From IMG/VR virus record IMGVR_UViG_3300033485_000007, positions 12,653-76,652 of that record: a stretch of DNA of 64,000 nt. The stretch is one strand, 5' to 3'. The notes beneath the pieces were generated by a model, which saw only the letters and a program-made list of their open reading frames with translations, was not told where the DNA came from and ran no database searches. The stretch is from a virus (Duplodnaviria; Caudoviricetes). Positions within the stretch are counted from its first letter, which is position 1. Every line of letters starts with the position of its first letter. The position numbers and the translations under genes are program-made. This document shows, one piece after another, positions 18,983 to 27,967 of this stretch.

Positions 18983-20574
18983 TGTCCCAATGGTCAAACT
19001 TTGCTCCGTTCGGCGAGTTCGCGTTTAGCGGCACGGACTCCGAAAGCGAGAAAATCTACAACGCGCAAACCAAGGCCCTTGGCCCAGCGTTTGAGGGCGC
19101 GGTCGGAGAGGCTGAGACCTACGCGGATAGCATGTGCTTTGGCGCCGCTAGATTGCAGCTACAGGCCGCCGGAGCACAGGACGACCCAACGCAGGTTAGT
19201 TACCTAATTGACGCGCTAGAGAGCGACTGGCGCGTGTTCTCGGCCCCGGGCGCGACGATTGGGGAGAGGCGGGCCGCTCTAGCTTTCGCAATGGCGAGCG
19301 CGACCGGCTCGTTTACGGCGGCGGTAACAGCTGGGCTAACGGTTTTGCTCGGGTCGCTATTCGTCCATTTCCGCCCAATGGACCGTGATATTCTGGACGA
19401 GGTGTCATCAAACACGACGTTCCCGATTCATTCGCCGCCGGTCGGCACGGCAATCAAGTCGATAGTCATCACCACGGCGATTATGCCCGGCGTGTTAACC
19501 GTCAATTACACCCGCGTAATCGACGACGGCAACGGCATATTCCCGGGCGAACAGGTCGTGGTAAATCCGGGTGTCAATGGCATGGAGGATGTTGTCGAGG
19601 TCACCGCGTCAACACCGACGACGTTTACGGCGACCTTCACGCTGCCGCAAGACGCCAATATACCAGCGCGCACCGGTCCGTATACGCGGTGGACGTCGAA
19701 CCAACGTCACTCGCTCGTGGTTGTTGACGAGTCGGTTCTGACAAATAATACGCTGCTCGTTAGGACCCACGAGTACATGCGTCGCGTAATGCCATCCGTT
19801 TCGACGTGGATTGTCTGCGCCGAGACCATCCCGGGTGTCGTTGGGCCGTTCACCGTCGGCCAAGGCCTTATCGGCCAAACGCCGCTCGGCGAAGACCCGT
19901 CCTCAGTTTGGGCTGATACTCGCAAAACCGACTTTCTCCCGGTGCAGGACTTTGACGGGGCGTATTTGGTTATGCCGCTCACCGAAGACGGCACAAATTA
20001 CGGCGTCGCCGGCGGGTCACTGGCCACGATTGGCTCGCCAACATACACCTCGGAAGGACTTGTGTTCGATGGCGTTAACGACTTCGGAGCGATCGACCAA
20101 GCTTCAACCCCGACCACATATACTATTGTTTTTCACGCTAAGTTCCCTGTTATAACTACCGGCTTATTCCCCGTTGTATTTTACAGCACCGACCCGGAAA
20201 TTGAACCAGCCGGCGGCGTTAGCATTAGCCGCACACTGTATTGGCAATGTATCACAAACGATGGCGTAGAATCGGCCGCATCCGCTATCACGTCTGGTTC
20301 TTTGTGGCATACGTTTTCGATCGTTAAGGACGGGATGACCCGTAAATTCTATGTGGATGGTGCACTGGTCCACACCTCGACACTAGCATCTAGCGCCACC
20401 GGCTCATGGATTAAGCTCGGCGGCGGGAGTGACACAGCAACCAAAGCACAAATGACAATCCGCAATCTAGTTTCGTACTCAAGCGCCCTGAGTGATGCGA
20501 ATCGCGCACTAGTTGAGGCGTGGTCTGCAAACAACGGGATTCTCGTCGAGGTCCCACTCGCCCCAGGACCATAA
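18982..20574 (+). CDS. baseplate wedge (Mu gp48-like) fused to a C-terminal LamG domain
   Basis: N-terminal LESDW...ATIGERRAAL; C-terminal LVFDGVNDF...WHTFSIVKDG..RKFYVDG...IRNLVSYSSALS. Confidence 0.6.
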   Translation: MSQWSNFAPFGEFAFSGTDSESEKIYNAQTKALGPAFEGAVGEAETYADSMCFGAARLQLQAAGAQDDPTQVSYLIDALESDWRVFSAPGATIGERRAALAFAMASATGSFTAAVTAGLTVLLGSLFVHFRPMDRDILDEVSSNTTFPIHSPPVGTAIKSIVITTAIMPGVLTVNYTRVIDDGNGIFPGEQVVVNPGVNGMEDVVEVTASTPTTFTATFTLPQDANIPARTGPYTRWTSNQRHSLVVVDESVLTNNTLLVRTHEYMRRVMPSVSTWIVCAETIPGVVGPFTVGQGLIGQTPLGEDPSSVWADTRKTDFLPVQDFDGAYLVMPLTEDGTNYGVAGGSLATIGSPTYTSEGLVFDGVNDFGAIDQASTPTTYTIVFHAKFPVITTGLFPVVFYSTDPEIEPAGGVSISRTLYWQCITNDGVESAASAITSGSLWHTFSIVKDGMTRKFYVDGALVHTSTLASSATGSWIKLGGGSDTATKAQMTIRNLVSYSSALSDANRALVEAWSANNGILVEVPLAPGP

Positions 20575-20577
20575 AAC

Positions 20578-21615
20578 ATGTCACATTTCGCTTATATCCG
20601 AGGCTCTCTAGGTTCCTGGGCAACAGGGACCGCTGTAACTCAGGCCGAGTTCTGGCAAATGGACCAGAACATGTACCGCGCTATCAACGGTGACGCTGGA
20701 GGTAGCTGGGCCCCGTCATCCGCTATCGTTATTGGTGGAAGCGGGCTCACCGTGAGCGGTCCGTTTGCTACGTCCGGGAATACCACAATAGGTGACGCTG
20801 CTGGCGATACACTGACCGTAAATGCGGTGTCTTATTTTTCTGACGGCGTTACCATGGGCAGCGACTCGGCTGATTTGCTACGGGTAAATGCCTCCGCGAC
20901 ATTTGCGGCCGGTGTTATCGTTGGTGTATACTCATCCGATGTGCTTACCGTTAACTCAACGTCGTCATTCTCTAATGACGTGACAATTGGATCCGACTCA
21001 ACCGATACGTTAACCGTTAATTCTACGGTTGATGTGAAAAATAACGCAACCATCGGGGCTGATGGAACGGATATACTGACGGTTAATTCGGCGGCTACGT
21101 TCGTTAATGATGTCGCGATTGGGTCTAGCTCCGGAGACACACTTACTGTTACGGCTACAACGACATTTAACGAGTCTGTCACGCTTGGGTCCGGAGCTGG
21201 CGACGATATGGTCGTCAACGCTACCGCGCTGTTTAACAACGGCGTCACGCTTGGCTCGTCATCGACTGATGCTCTTACCGTTGCTGCGACGACTACATTT
21301 AACGGACCAGTAACGGCCGCCAACTCGATGTGGCGCGATACATACGAGCTGATTTCACTTGTCGACGATGCGCAGACGCGCAACGAGACGACGGCAAATT
21401 CGCTTATCGTGTCGAATCTAAACGGCGCAAATCGCGTCATAACACTGACGGCTACCGGAGGATTTTCAAACATCGTAAAGCATGTCGCGAACTCGGCTCC
21501 GGCATATCAGTTAACGGTGGTGGACAGCTCTAGCGGTAGGACATTGGGCGTGTTGGCGGTTGGACAGGGGATACGCGTGCTTATGGTAGCTGGCAGTTGG
21601 TACAGCGCCGGGTAA
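20578..21615 (+). CDS. tail fiber with about eight 22-aa repeats
   Basis: Repeat unit like TIGSDSTDTLTVNSTxxFxNxV, last gene of the tail operon. Confidence 0.7.
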   Translation: MSHFAYIRGSLGSWATGTAVTQAEFWQMDQNMYRAINGDAGGSWAPSSAIVIGGSGLTVSGPFATSGNTTIGDAAGDTLTVNAVSYFSDGVTMGSDSADLLRVNASATFAAGVIVGVYSSDVLTVNSTSSFSNDVTIGSDSTDTLTVNSTVDVKNNATIGADGTDILTVNSAATFVNDVAIGSSSGDTLTVTATTTFNESVTLGSGAGDDMVVNATALFNNGVTLGSSSTDALTVAATTTFNGPVTAANSMWRDTYELISLVDDAQTRNETTANSLIVSNLNGANRVITLTATGGFSNIVKHVANSAPAYQLTVVDSSSGRTLGVLAVGQGIRVLMVAGSWYSAG

Positions 21616-21623
21616 CCAATCGG

Positions 21624-22983
21624 TTACATGCCGGGTCTTCGCGCAATCGCTAACAGTGCGAGCTCCCATATCACAGCGAGACACACGGACACTTGGACCG
21701 GATGACTTGCGCCAGATAGACGAACGGCGACACCGATTAGCGCCGGGATTGCGATGTGAACAATAAGTCGGTTCATTTCATTTCTCCTCTTTCAATCTGC
21801 ATTCCGAGTTCGAGTTCCGTAATTCTATTCGCCTGATACAGGGAATAATTCTCCAGCTTCCGAACATCTCTCCTTAGCTCCGCAACGACCAGAATCAGCG
21901 CGTCAATGTCGCCGTCAATATCCGCAACGTCGTTGACTAGCGTGTTTATGCTTGACTCGGTTGTCATGGATGCACCAAACGCACAAGGTGGCTCCGCGCC
22001 TCCAGTAACTCGTCAATGAGGCTGTCGATAGCATCGACGTCAATCGTACACATCGCGATTCGACCGGCGTTATCGCGCACGCTGATACCGGCAACGCCCC
22101 CGCTAGCGCCGACGGATGCGCCGGGACGCGTATCCTCCTCAACGGCGCGCTCGTGGGCGGTTCGGATTTCGTGCAATAGAGCTTGATGTGTCATTCGTCC
22201 TCCAGTAGCATGTCAGCGATTGATTCGTAGTGGCGGTCACGGGCGGCGCGAAGTTCGATTACACGTTCGCGCTCGGATTCTGACATATCAACTCGGTCGT
22301 AAAATCGCGTCTTCGTCCAAGGTGGATAGTCAACCGCATCATCAACGCGATTGCGGGTGAGCATGTCCAGCGTGTCGTTGATTGTCGCTACCGGGAAGGC
22401 CAGTCCGACGATTCGACGCGTTCGCCAGCTCGATTCTTCAGCGGTCAGCCCGAATCCACGCGACGCAGACTCGGGCGTCACCGTTGACCATGTTCCAAGT
22501 TCAGAAGACCAGCTCACGGTTCCCTCAGGTCGACTACAGCAACGCTGTCAAGCGCGCCATCCAATAGGTCGAGCGAGATTTCAGCGGCCAGCCTAACGTC
22601 ACCTGGGTCGCGCAGGGACACGTCTGGCACGTTGACCTGGTGCCGTCCGTAGACGGCGTGGTAGAGTTCGACGGTTGGCAGACCGTCCATTGGGTCGGTG
22701 GATATTGTAATTTGATTCATTTGGCTGGTCCTGGTTTGGTGAGTTTCTTGAGCTCGTCGACAACGTGTCGCAACATTCCTGCGCGTCTGTTCGCAAGTAT
22801 CAGTGCACCACGAGCCTTGCGACCTTCTCCGTGCCACACGGATGCCGAGTATCCGTTCTCGCCACGTCCGCGCTTTGTCATCTCGACGGCTAGCCGCTCA
22901 AGTCCAGGTAACTCGGAGCGCTGCTTACGTAGGTCTTTGCGCGCGCGCTCAAGCATCCATTTTGCAATTACCGGGTCAAGCAT
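21624..22983 (-). CDS. six coupled small hypothetical genes (21624-21776, 21773-21967, 21964-22194, 22191-22517, 22514-22720, 22717-22983)
   Basis: Chain of ATGA start/stop overlaps on the minus strand; the first is a 50-aa hydrophobic peptide not in the ORF track. Confidence 0.6.
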
Positions 22984-23004
22984 CTGATTACCTAGCGTGA
23001 AACA

Positions 23005-23034
23005 GGCGAGCCATGTAGCTTCACATGGCTCGCC
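23005..23034 (-). terminator. 12-bp perfect hairpin downstream of the Gly-repeat gene
   Basis: GGCGAGCCATGT-agcttc-ACATGGCTCGCC; followed by TGTTTC on the minus strand. Confidence 0.65.
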
Positions 23035-23042
23035 TTAGTTGA

Positions 23043-23330
23043 TTAACCGGAACCGTAACCGTAACCGGAACCGTCACCGTAACCGGAACCGGAACCGTAA
23101 CCGGAACCGTCACCGTAACCGTAACCGGAACCGGAACCGGAACCGTCACCGTAACCGGAACCGGAACCGTAACCGGAACCGTCACCGTAACCGTAACCGG
23201 AACCGGAACCGGAACCGGAACCGTAACCGGAACCGGAACCGGAACCGTCACCGTCACCGTAACCGGAACCGGAACTAATTGCAACTTCAGTGATGGCGAA
23301 GTCGGACTGATCTAGTACTAACCAGATCAT
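23043..23330 (-). CDS. 95-aa Gly-Ser/Tyr/Asp dipeptide-repeat protein
   Basis: ATG at 23330 overlaps the upstream TGA; MIWLVLDQSDFAITEVAIS followed by (SG/YG/DG)38. Confidence 0.7.
   Translation of the reverse strand: MIWLVLDQSDFAITEVAISSGSGYGDGDGSGSGSGYGSGSGSGSGYGYGDGSGYGSGSGYGDGSGSGSGYGYGDGSGYGSGSGYGDGSGYGYGSG
23046..23273. repeat. 38 tandem hexamers (ACCGGA/ACCGTA/ACCGTC)
   Basis: Directly visible 6-bp tandem array encoding SG/YG/DG on the minus strand. Confidence 0.95.
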
Positions 23331-23701
23331 TTCCCTGGCTCCGCAGCTGGCTCCGCACGTAGAGATTGCATGGCAACTGCGGAGCAGTATAGGATTCCGC
23401 AAACCTCGGTCATTTCTGCCGGCTGCGACATTTCGGCGGAAAACTTTCGGTCGAATTTTTGGGTCAACCCAAATTCTGCGATATCTGGCAGAGTGAACCG
23501 ACTGGACCAGCTCCACATCTGTCGAGCGCGAAGCAACGTTACGTTGCGGCCATCTTTTGCCTGGATGAATCCACACATTACCCCCTGTTCTCGAGAGCGA
23601 ACGATTGCGTACTTGAGACCGTCAAGCGCAGCTGGCTTCGACACGGAATCCGCGCGAATGTAGCTGGTGTTGTTGAGTGTGATTGTCTCTAGATTTTCCA
23701 T
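23327..23701 (-). CDS. DUF6948-like protein
   Basis: KYAIVRSREQGVMCG...VTLLRARQMWSW...LPDIAEFG pattern; GGAG RBS before ATG 23701. Confidence 0.7.
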   Translation of the reverse strand: MENLETITLNNTSYIRADSVSKPAALDGLKYAIVRSREQGVMCGFIQAKDGRNVTLLRARQMWSWSSRFTLPDIAEFGLTQKFDRKFSAEMSQPAEMTEVCGILYCSAVAMQSLRAEPAAEPGK

Positions 23702-23714
23702 TTGTTCTCCATAC

Positions 23715-23910
23715 ACTGACACCCGGAAATCCCGCCACAGCGTTACCTGTGTTCGGGCTTTGGGCCTCTCTACCTCGGGGTGCGGGTTCCGCTGTCCTCT
23801 AGCGGTTTCCATTTGGTGGCGTCTTTAGGTTCCGTCTTGCCCCGCTGTTTGTATCCCGCTGCGATGCGGCCCGATTTCTATCCCGGAGGAACCGGCGTCG
23901 TGATGACAGG
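23715..23910 (-). ncRNA. candidate structured leader RNA / ncRNA
   Basis: Nested helices GGAAA/TTTCC, CCGCT/AGCGG, CCCGC/GCGGG, CACAG/CTGTG, GGTTCC/GGAACC between a promoter and the RBS. Confidence 0.4.
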
Positions 23911-23914
23911 TTTC

Positions 23915-23942
23915 AATCTATCAGAAACGCGTCACCGTGCAA
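23915..23942 (-). promoter_or_regulatory. sigma70-type promoter
   Basis: TTGCAC-16-TAGATT. Confidence 0.45.
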
Positions 23943-24076
23943 GATGATTTTGCGTTGTCGAGTACTATTTCGTAAACGCCAAGTCCTGTCGGTAACTTAG
24001 GCGACCTGAGTGCATACGCCAGCGGACTGAACTTTGGCAGGTCGACATGGTGCCGCGGCTCCGGTTTCGCATCTCA

Positions 24077-24265
24077 TCACGCCCTCGCTTTTAGGGTCGC
24101 CACCAATCGTGCCATCCGTCGCGCTGCCGCCATAGCCTGACGTTCGGCGGACTCGACCGTGAGTTGCTTGGTGAGGTTGCTGGCGTTGGCTTTTTTGGTT
24201 GTCGTGGTCATGCTAGATGCTACTGCAAGCCGCGTGCTAGACTCGACAAGAAAGTGACGGCTCAT
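24077..24265 (-). CDS. small basic hypothetical protein
   Basis: ORF track; start uncertain. Confidence 0.4.
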   Translation of the reverse strand: MSRHFLVESSTRLAVASSMTTTTKKANASNLTKQLTVESAERQAMAAARRMARLVATLKARA

Positions 24266-24427
24266 GATTACAGTAGGTTACGGAGACCGGTGGCGCTAAT
24301 GGGTGGGTAAATTCTGACTTGGATACCCGGGGCAGTTACCCATTGATAGGCTGTTCAGTGTTGAACTCGCTGGCGTGCCTATCCCAAGGTCGATTCCGAT
24401 GATGGTTTCGATGGTCATTGGTTCCTT

Positions 24428-25183
24428 TCAAAACATCGACAACTGGCGGGCATCGCTCATGGGCGGCTCTCGCGCGATCGGTTCGTCATCGTTCGTCCAA
24501 ATCGCCTCTTTGCACTCTTTGCCGCCCGAGTTACGAACAGCCGCGCATGTTGCTAGGTGGCGAAACGGCAACCAATCCGCCCCTTCCCGCTCGCAGACGA
24601 TCACCTGTCCGCGTCGCGAACGACACCATTGCGCAAGATGCGTGTAATCGGTTGGGTGTTCACGCCCAGCCCAGTAATGCTGCGCTAGGTTTTTGTACAG
24701 CGGGTCAACGAAGTGCGTGCATTCGATGTTTGGAAGTTCGGCGTATGTGCCGTTAATCACCTCCCAATGCTTAATCGAGTCGACTTGAGATGCAACCTTC
24801 TCGCGCCACTTGGCACACCAAAGGCCGTCGTTCTGGCCGTTTTTCCAGGACGTTAGAGTCTTGCGAAATGGTGACGTGTTGACGCAGCAACTAAGGAACA
24901 GTCGGGCTTCGTTGCTCACGTCAAGTGTATCGATGCTCTGTCCGGGTTCCATGAGCGGCAGACGCATGATGTCTTCAGGGCTTGACTTGATTAGATATGA
25001 CCAAATCGTTGTTACCCTTGGATCAATGTCGCAAAGAATTACCTTCAGTTCCGGGTAATTTAGCGGGTACCCGGCGCCGCCACATTGCGAGTCTTCGATC
25101 GTGTCGTAGCGCGGGTTCGGGTACAGCTTAGCCGAGCGCGCCTTCGAGCCAAAGTACTTAAAGAACGGGGATAGCGCGGTCAT
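24428..25183 (-). CDS. DNA adenine methyltransferase-like (D12/Dam-like) with atypical motifs
   Basis: FKYFGSK, YDTIEDSQCGGAG (motif I-like), VDPLY (motif IV-like). Confidence 0.7.
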   Translation of the reverse strand: MTALSPFFKYFGSKARSAKLYPNPRYDTIEDSQCGGAGYPLNYPELKVILCDIDPRVTTIWSYLIKSSPEDIMRLPLMEPGQSIDTLDVSNEARLFLSCCVNTSPFRKTLTSWKNGQNDGLWCAKWREKVASQVDSIKHWEVINGTYAELPNIECTHFVDPLYKNLAQHYWAGREHPTDYTHLAQWCRSRRGQVIVCEREGADWLPFRHLATCAAVRNSGGKECKEAIWTNDDEPIAREPPMSDARQLSMF

Positions 25184-26208
25184 CTCAACCCACGCCGCCC
25201 ACATTCCTCACGCGATAGCGGCGCAAGGTTGGCTTCGATTTCGGATTGGGTTGGCAGGGTGACTTTCGCAAACCAGCACTCGTCACAAAGGTCCGGATGC
25301 TCATCGTCTGCGCCATCGCAGTAGCCGCACTGTCGCTTGCATTCACAACAGACAAACATCGGATCATCCGCGTCCGTCCACCCGTCGCAAACCTCAACCA
25401 TCCAGGCGTGTGGACAGTCGGCCGTGGCGTCGGGGTCGCGGTTTGCGTGGTAGAGTACCTCGAATGGGTCGGTGTTGGCGGTCATACTCCACCAGTCTCA
25501 ATGAGCCTCATCGCGGCGACGTGCCGTCCGACATAAGTCTCGACTACGTTGATTGCAATTCCTCTGGTCTCGTACGAGCCATCGACAGGGTTCTTCCCAA
25601 TTCCAGGCCCGGTGATAACGGCTCGCCATGTGTCCGGGTCAACCAACGTCAGCACGGCGCAGGAATAGTCGCCGTGACTAGCATCGCTACGATACATCCC
25701 ATGAGACCAGTCGAGTTTGAGTTGCGCTGTTTTTGTCATCGTTTTATCCCTAGAACCTGCGCCGTCGTCTGCTGCTCAATCGCTGACACTCGTTCCGCCG
25801 CCACGTATTGTGCAACGATGTCGAGAAGGAATGCGGCCTTGATTGTGAATTCGTCACCTTTCGCGTTTCGCATAATTGCGTCTCCGCTGAAATCGCTGCT
25901 GATGTTGGCACAGTTTCCGTATCCGTCTCGGTAATGTTGCATGGGCCCTCTAACGTCGCAAGCCCCTGCGCTTTCGCGTGAGGGGCCGGGTGTAATTGCA
26001 CTCAGCAAACGGGAACGTAGTCGCTACTGGTCTGACGACCCCGTACTGAGTTGATGATCCAGCGGGCTCCGCCGGCGGCAACGGCCGCTTCATTTGCTAG
26101 GTCGTCGTCCTCATGTGTCGACTCGGGGCTAGCTCCCGATTTCGGCGTTGCGTTGTATCCGCCGCGGTCTACGATCACGTTCTCTGAAGTAAAAACTTGG
26201 CTGGTCAT
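25180..26208 (-). CDS. four small hypothetical genes (25180-25485 Cys-rich, 25482-25739, 25736-26008, 26002-26208)
   Basis: Coupled ORFs downstream of the 26.25-kb promoter; the first has CxxC pairs. Confidence 0.55.
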
Positions 26209-26212
26209 CTTC

Positions 26213-26263
26213 GTTTCTCCCTGCTGACAACCTAAGCATGTGCTATCAGTCTACCGAGCGCAA
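26213..26263 (-). promoter_or_regulatory. early promoter family member P26 with RBS
   Basis: TTGCGC-17-CATGCT then TAGGTTGTCAGCAGGGAGAAAC, matching the 36.6- and 38.5-kb repeats. Confidence 0.7.
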
Positions 26264-26315
26264 TCTGAAAACGCAACAAGCGAGTCGGTAGTTCCACGGT
26301 CCGGACCGCTACTGT

Positions 26316-26819
26316 TCACTTGAGCAGCCCAAGAGACGCGTTGGTGACCGCGAACTCACTGTTATACCTTAACGCTGCTGTATCGTAAGCACGCGCGGCA
26401 GATTCGATTATTGAGTAGAGACCTAGAAACTTTTGCTTCCCGTTGACCTTAATGTAAGCTCGCCATTTTTTCATTTGCTTATCCCAGCATACTCCCTTGA
26501 AACCGCTTGTGTTTTCCGGGCTTATACCGGAATTAGCGGCGTTTTGTCTTCGTGAGCACAGGCGCAAACTCGATTTCTGATTGTCGCGCGTATTGTGTTT
26601 GATGTGGTCAACGGACTCTCCGTCTTTGGCATTCATGACCTCCCGGTGCATGTAAATTCTACGCTTCTCACCTCCATCGGCTTTTTTCGAGTTCCTCACC
26701 GCGTAGTACGATTTTGTGGACGGACACCACTTCGAGTGCCACTTGTGAAGAATTAATTCATCATAATCCTCATCGTCAACAAGCGCTACTTGTCCTTGAG
26801 TCAACGGTATAGTTTTCAT
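26316..26819 (-). CDS. HNH-AP2 homing endonuclease (copy 2)
   Basis: MKTIPLTQGQVALVDDED, VDHIKHNTRDN, SGFKGVCW...AARAYD. Confidence 0.9.
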   Translation of the reverse strand: MKTIPLTQGQVALVDDEDYDELILHKWHSKWCPSTKSYYAVRNSKKADGGEKRRIYMHREVMNAKDGESVDHIKHNTRDNQKSSLRLCSRRQNAANSGISPENTSGFKGVCWDKQMKKWRAYIKVNGKQKFLGLYSIIESAARAYDTAALRYNSEFAVTNASLGLLK

Positions 26820-26827
26820 ATCGCGCG

Positions 26828-26896
26828 ATATTAGCACAGACCAGAGCGCAAGTCAATCAGGCGTGGTTTGACAGGTGGCATAGTTCGTGCTATACT
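26828..26896. promoter_or_regulatory. back-to-back sigma70 promoters
   Basis: Minus strand: TTGACT-17-TAATAT, 8 nt before ATG 26819. Plus strand: TTGACA-17-TATACT, 6 nt before ATG 26903. Confidence 0.75.
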
Positions 26897-26902
26897 CCGA
26901 CC

Positions 26903-27211
26903 ATGTTTATGAGCCCTGGCAAAATTGTCAAACGCGACGAGCTTAAGCGGCTCGCTGTTCTAAAGCGTCAAACCGGAGAAATCCTCCGCATCTCGCTCGA
27001 CCGCGCAACCGATAGCGACGGTGAGGCGTTCCATTTTGTGTCTCTCCGACCATGGCATCCGGTGGGTCCTGATCGCCACCAGCCAGCCTCGTTCACGATT
27101 GCAGTCCTCGCCGACGAGCTCCCGGCCATTCGTGACGCTATCACCGCCGCCATCGACCTTATTCCCGCCCACGAGACCGTCACCGAGCCGCCGCTCGAAA
27201 GCGCTTCCTGA
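26903..27211 (+). CDS. PC4/YdbC-like ssDNA-binding protein
   Basis: EILRISLD...FVSLRPW...FTI...DELPAI pattern of the PC4 fold. Confidence 0.5.
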   Translation: MFMSPGKIVKRDELKRLAVLKRQTGEILRISLDRATDSDGEAFHFVSLRPWHPVGPDRHQPASFTIAVLADELPAIRDAITAAIDLIPAHETVTEPPLESAS

Positions 27212-27966
27212 TGCCACCCACAACCCGCAATGGTCTACTCTTCGACATCGGCACCGTCGTGCACACGGCATACGATGATGAGGGCTGGCTCGGCGTACGA
27301 ATCGACGGGTTTGGAGAAGAAGATGCAGGACTAGGTGATTCCGAGTTGCAGACACCTTTCGGTTTCACCTCGCGACCAGTAGATCAGACCGCAGAGGGCG
27401 GATGCGACGCAACCTACGCCCATGCTGGCAACTCGGAGTCGTTCGCTTGGTTCGGAACAGATCGTCGTTACTCCGCCAAGTGCCCGCCGCTTTACCAAGG
27501 CAGCTCAGCGCACTGGGCATCCGACGGCCAATTCCTCCTGCTTGACACCGAAAAGCACACGACGACGCTGTACGTTCCGCGTGGAAATCTAGCTCACGTG
27601 GTCACAGTTGGCGAGGACGCGAATGCGCAGGCCGTTATCAATCTCCAGCACCAAAACGGGTCGTACGTCACAATCAACGATGACGGCGTTACCGTTCGCG
27701 GTATCGGCGACGGTTTTATAAACGTCAACGGCAGCAAGGTCGCGCTCAACGGTGAGGTCACGACAACTGCATCGCTAACCGTTGGCGGGGTCGCTGGACT
27801 TCCCGTAGCGATGGCAATACCGCTAGCGACGGCGATTACGGCAGCTGCCGCGGCATTCTCGGGTGGTGGCGCGCCAGCAACGCAAACACAAGTGCAGGTT
27901 GCGTTGACGGCCATCGCGCTAGCTCTCAACACCGTGGCCAAGTCCCAAATGCTGGCGACCGTCTAG
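27211..27966 (+). CDS. baseplate central spike (Mu gp45/gpV-like)
   Basis: LQTPFGFTSRP, TDRRY...LYQGSSAHW...GQFLLL OB-fold motifs followed by beta-strand repeats. Confidence 0.8.
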   Translation: MPPTTRNGLLFDIGTVVHTAYDDEGWLGVRIDGFGEEDAGLGDSELQTPFGFTSRPVDQTAEGGCDATYAHAGNSESFAWFGTDRRYSAKCPPLYQGSSAHWASDGQFLLLDTEKHTTTLYVPRGNLAHVVTVGEDANAQAVINLQHQNGSYVTINDDGVTVRGIGDGFINVNGSKVALNGEVTTTASLTVGGVAGLPVAMAIPLATAITAAAAAFSGGGAPATQTQVQVALTAIALALNTVAKSQMLATV

Positions 27967-27967
27967 C

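Noticed and set aside
13521-21615. Diversity-generating retroelement or invertible tail-fiber segment
   Set aside because: No reverse transcriptase or invertase, and no template/variable repeat pair or flanking inverted sites seen in the window
1-21615. Transposable Mu-like phage or a stand-alone contractile injection system
   Set aside because: No transposase; capsid genes and a DnaB/primase/initiator module are present, so Mu similarity is limited to morphogenesis genes
23046-23273. Possible CRISPR array
   Set aside because: 6-bp tandem units with no unique spacers; no cas genes
23039-23278. Plus-strand (RN)n ORF and (VT/VP)n ORF over the hexamer array
   Set aside because: Shadow frames of the repeat; the minus-strand Gly-repeat frame has a coupled start, matches neighbouring gene orientation and has a downstream terminator
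23740-23790. Twister- or SAM-I-like words (GGCCCAAAGCCCG)
   Set aside because: Required flanking stems and conserved core nucleotides could not be placed
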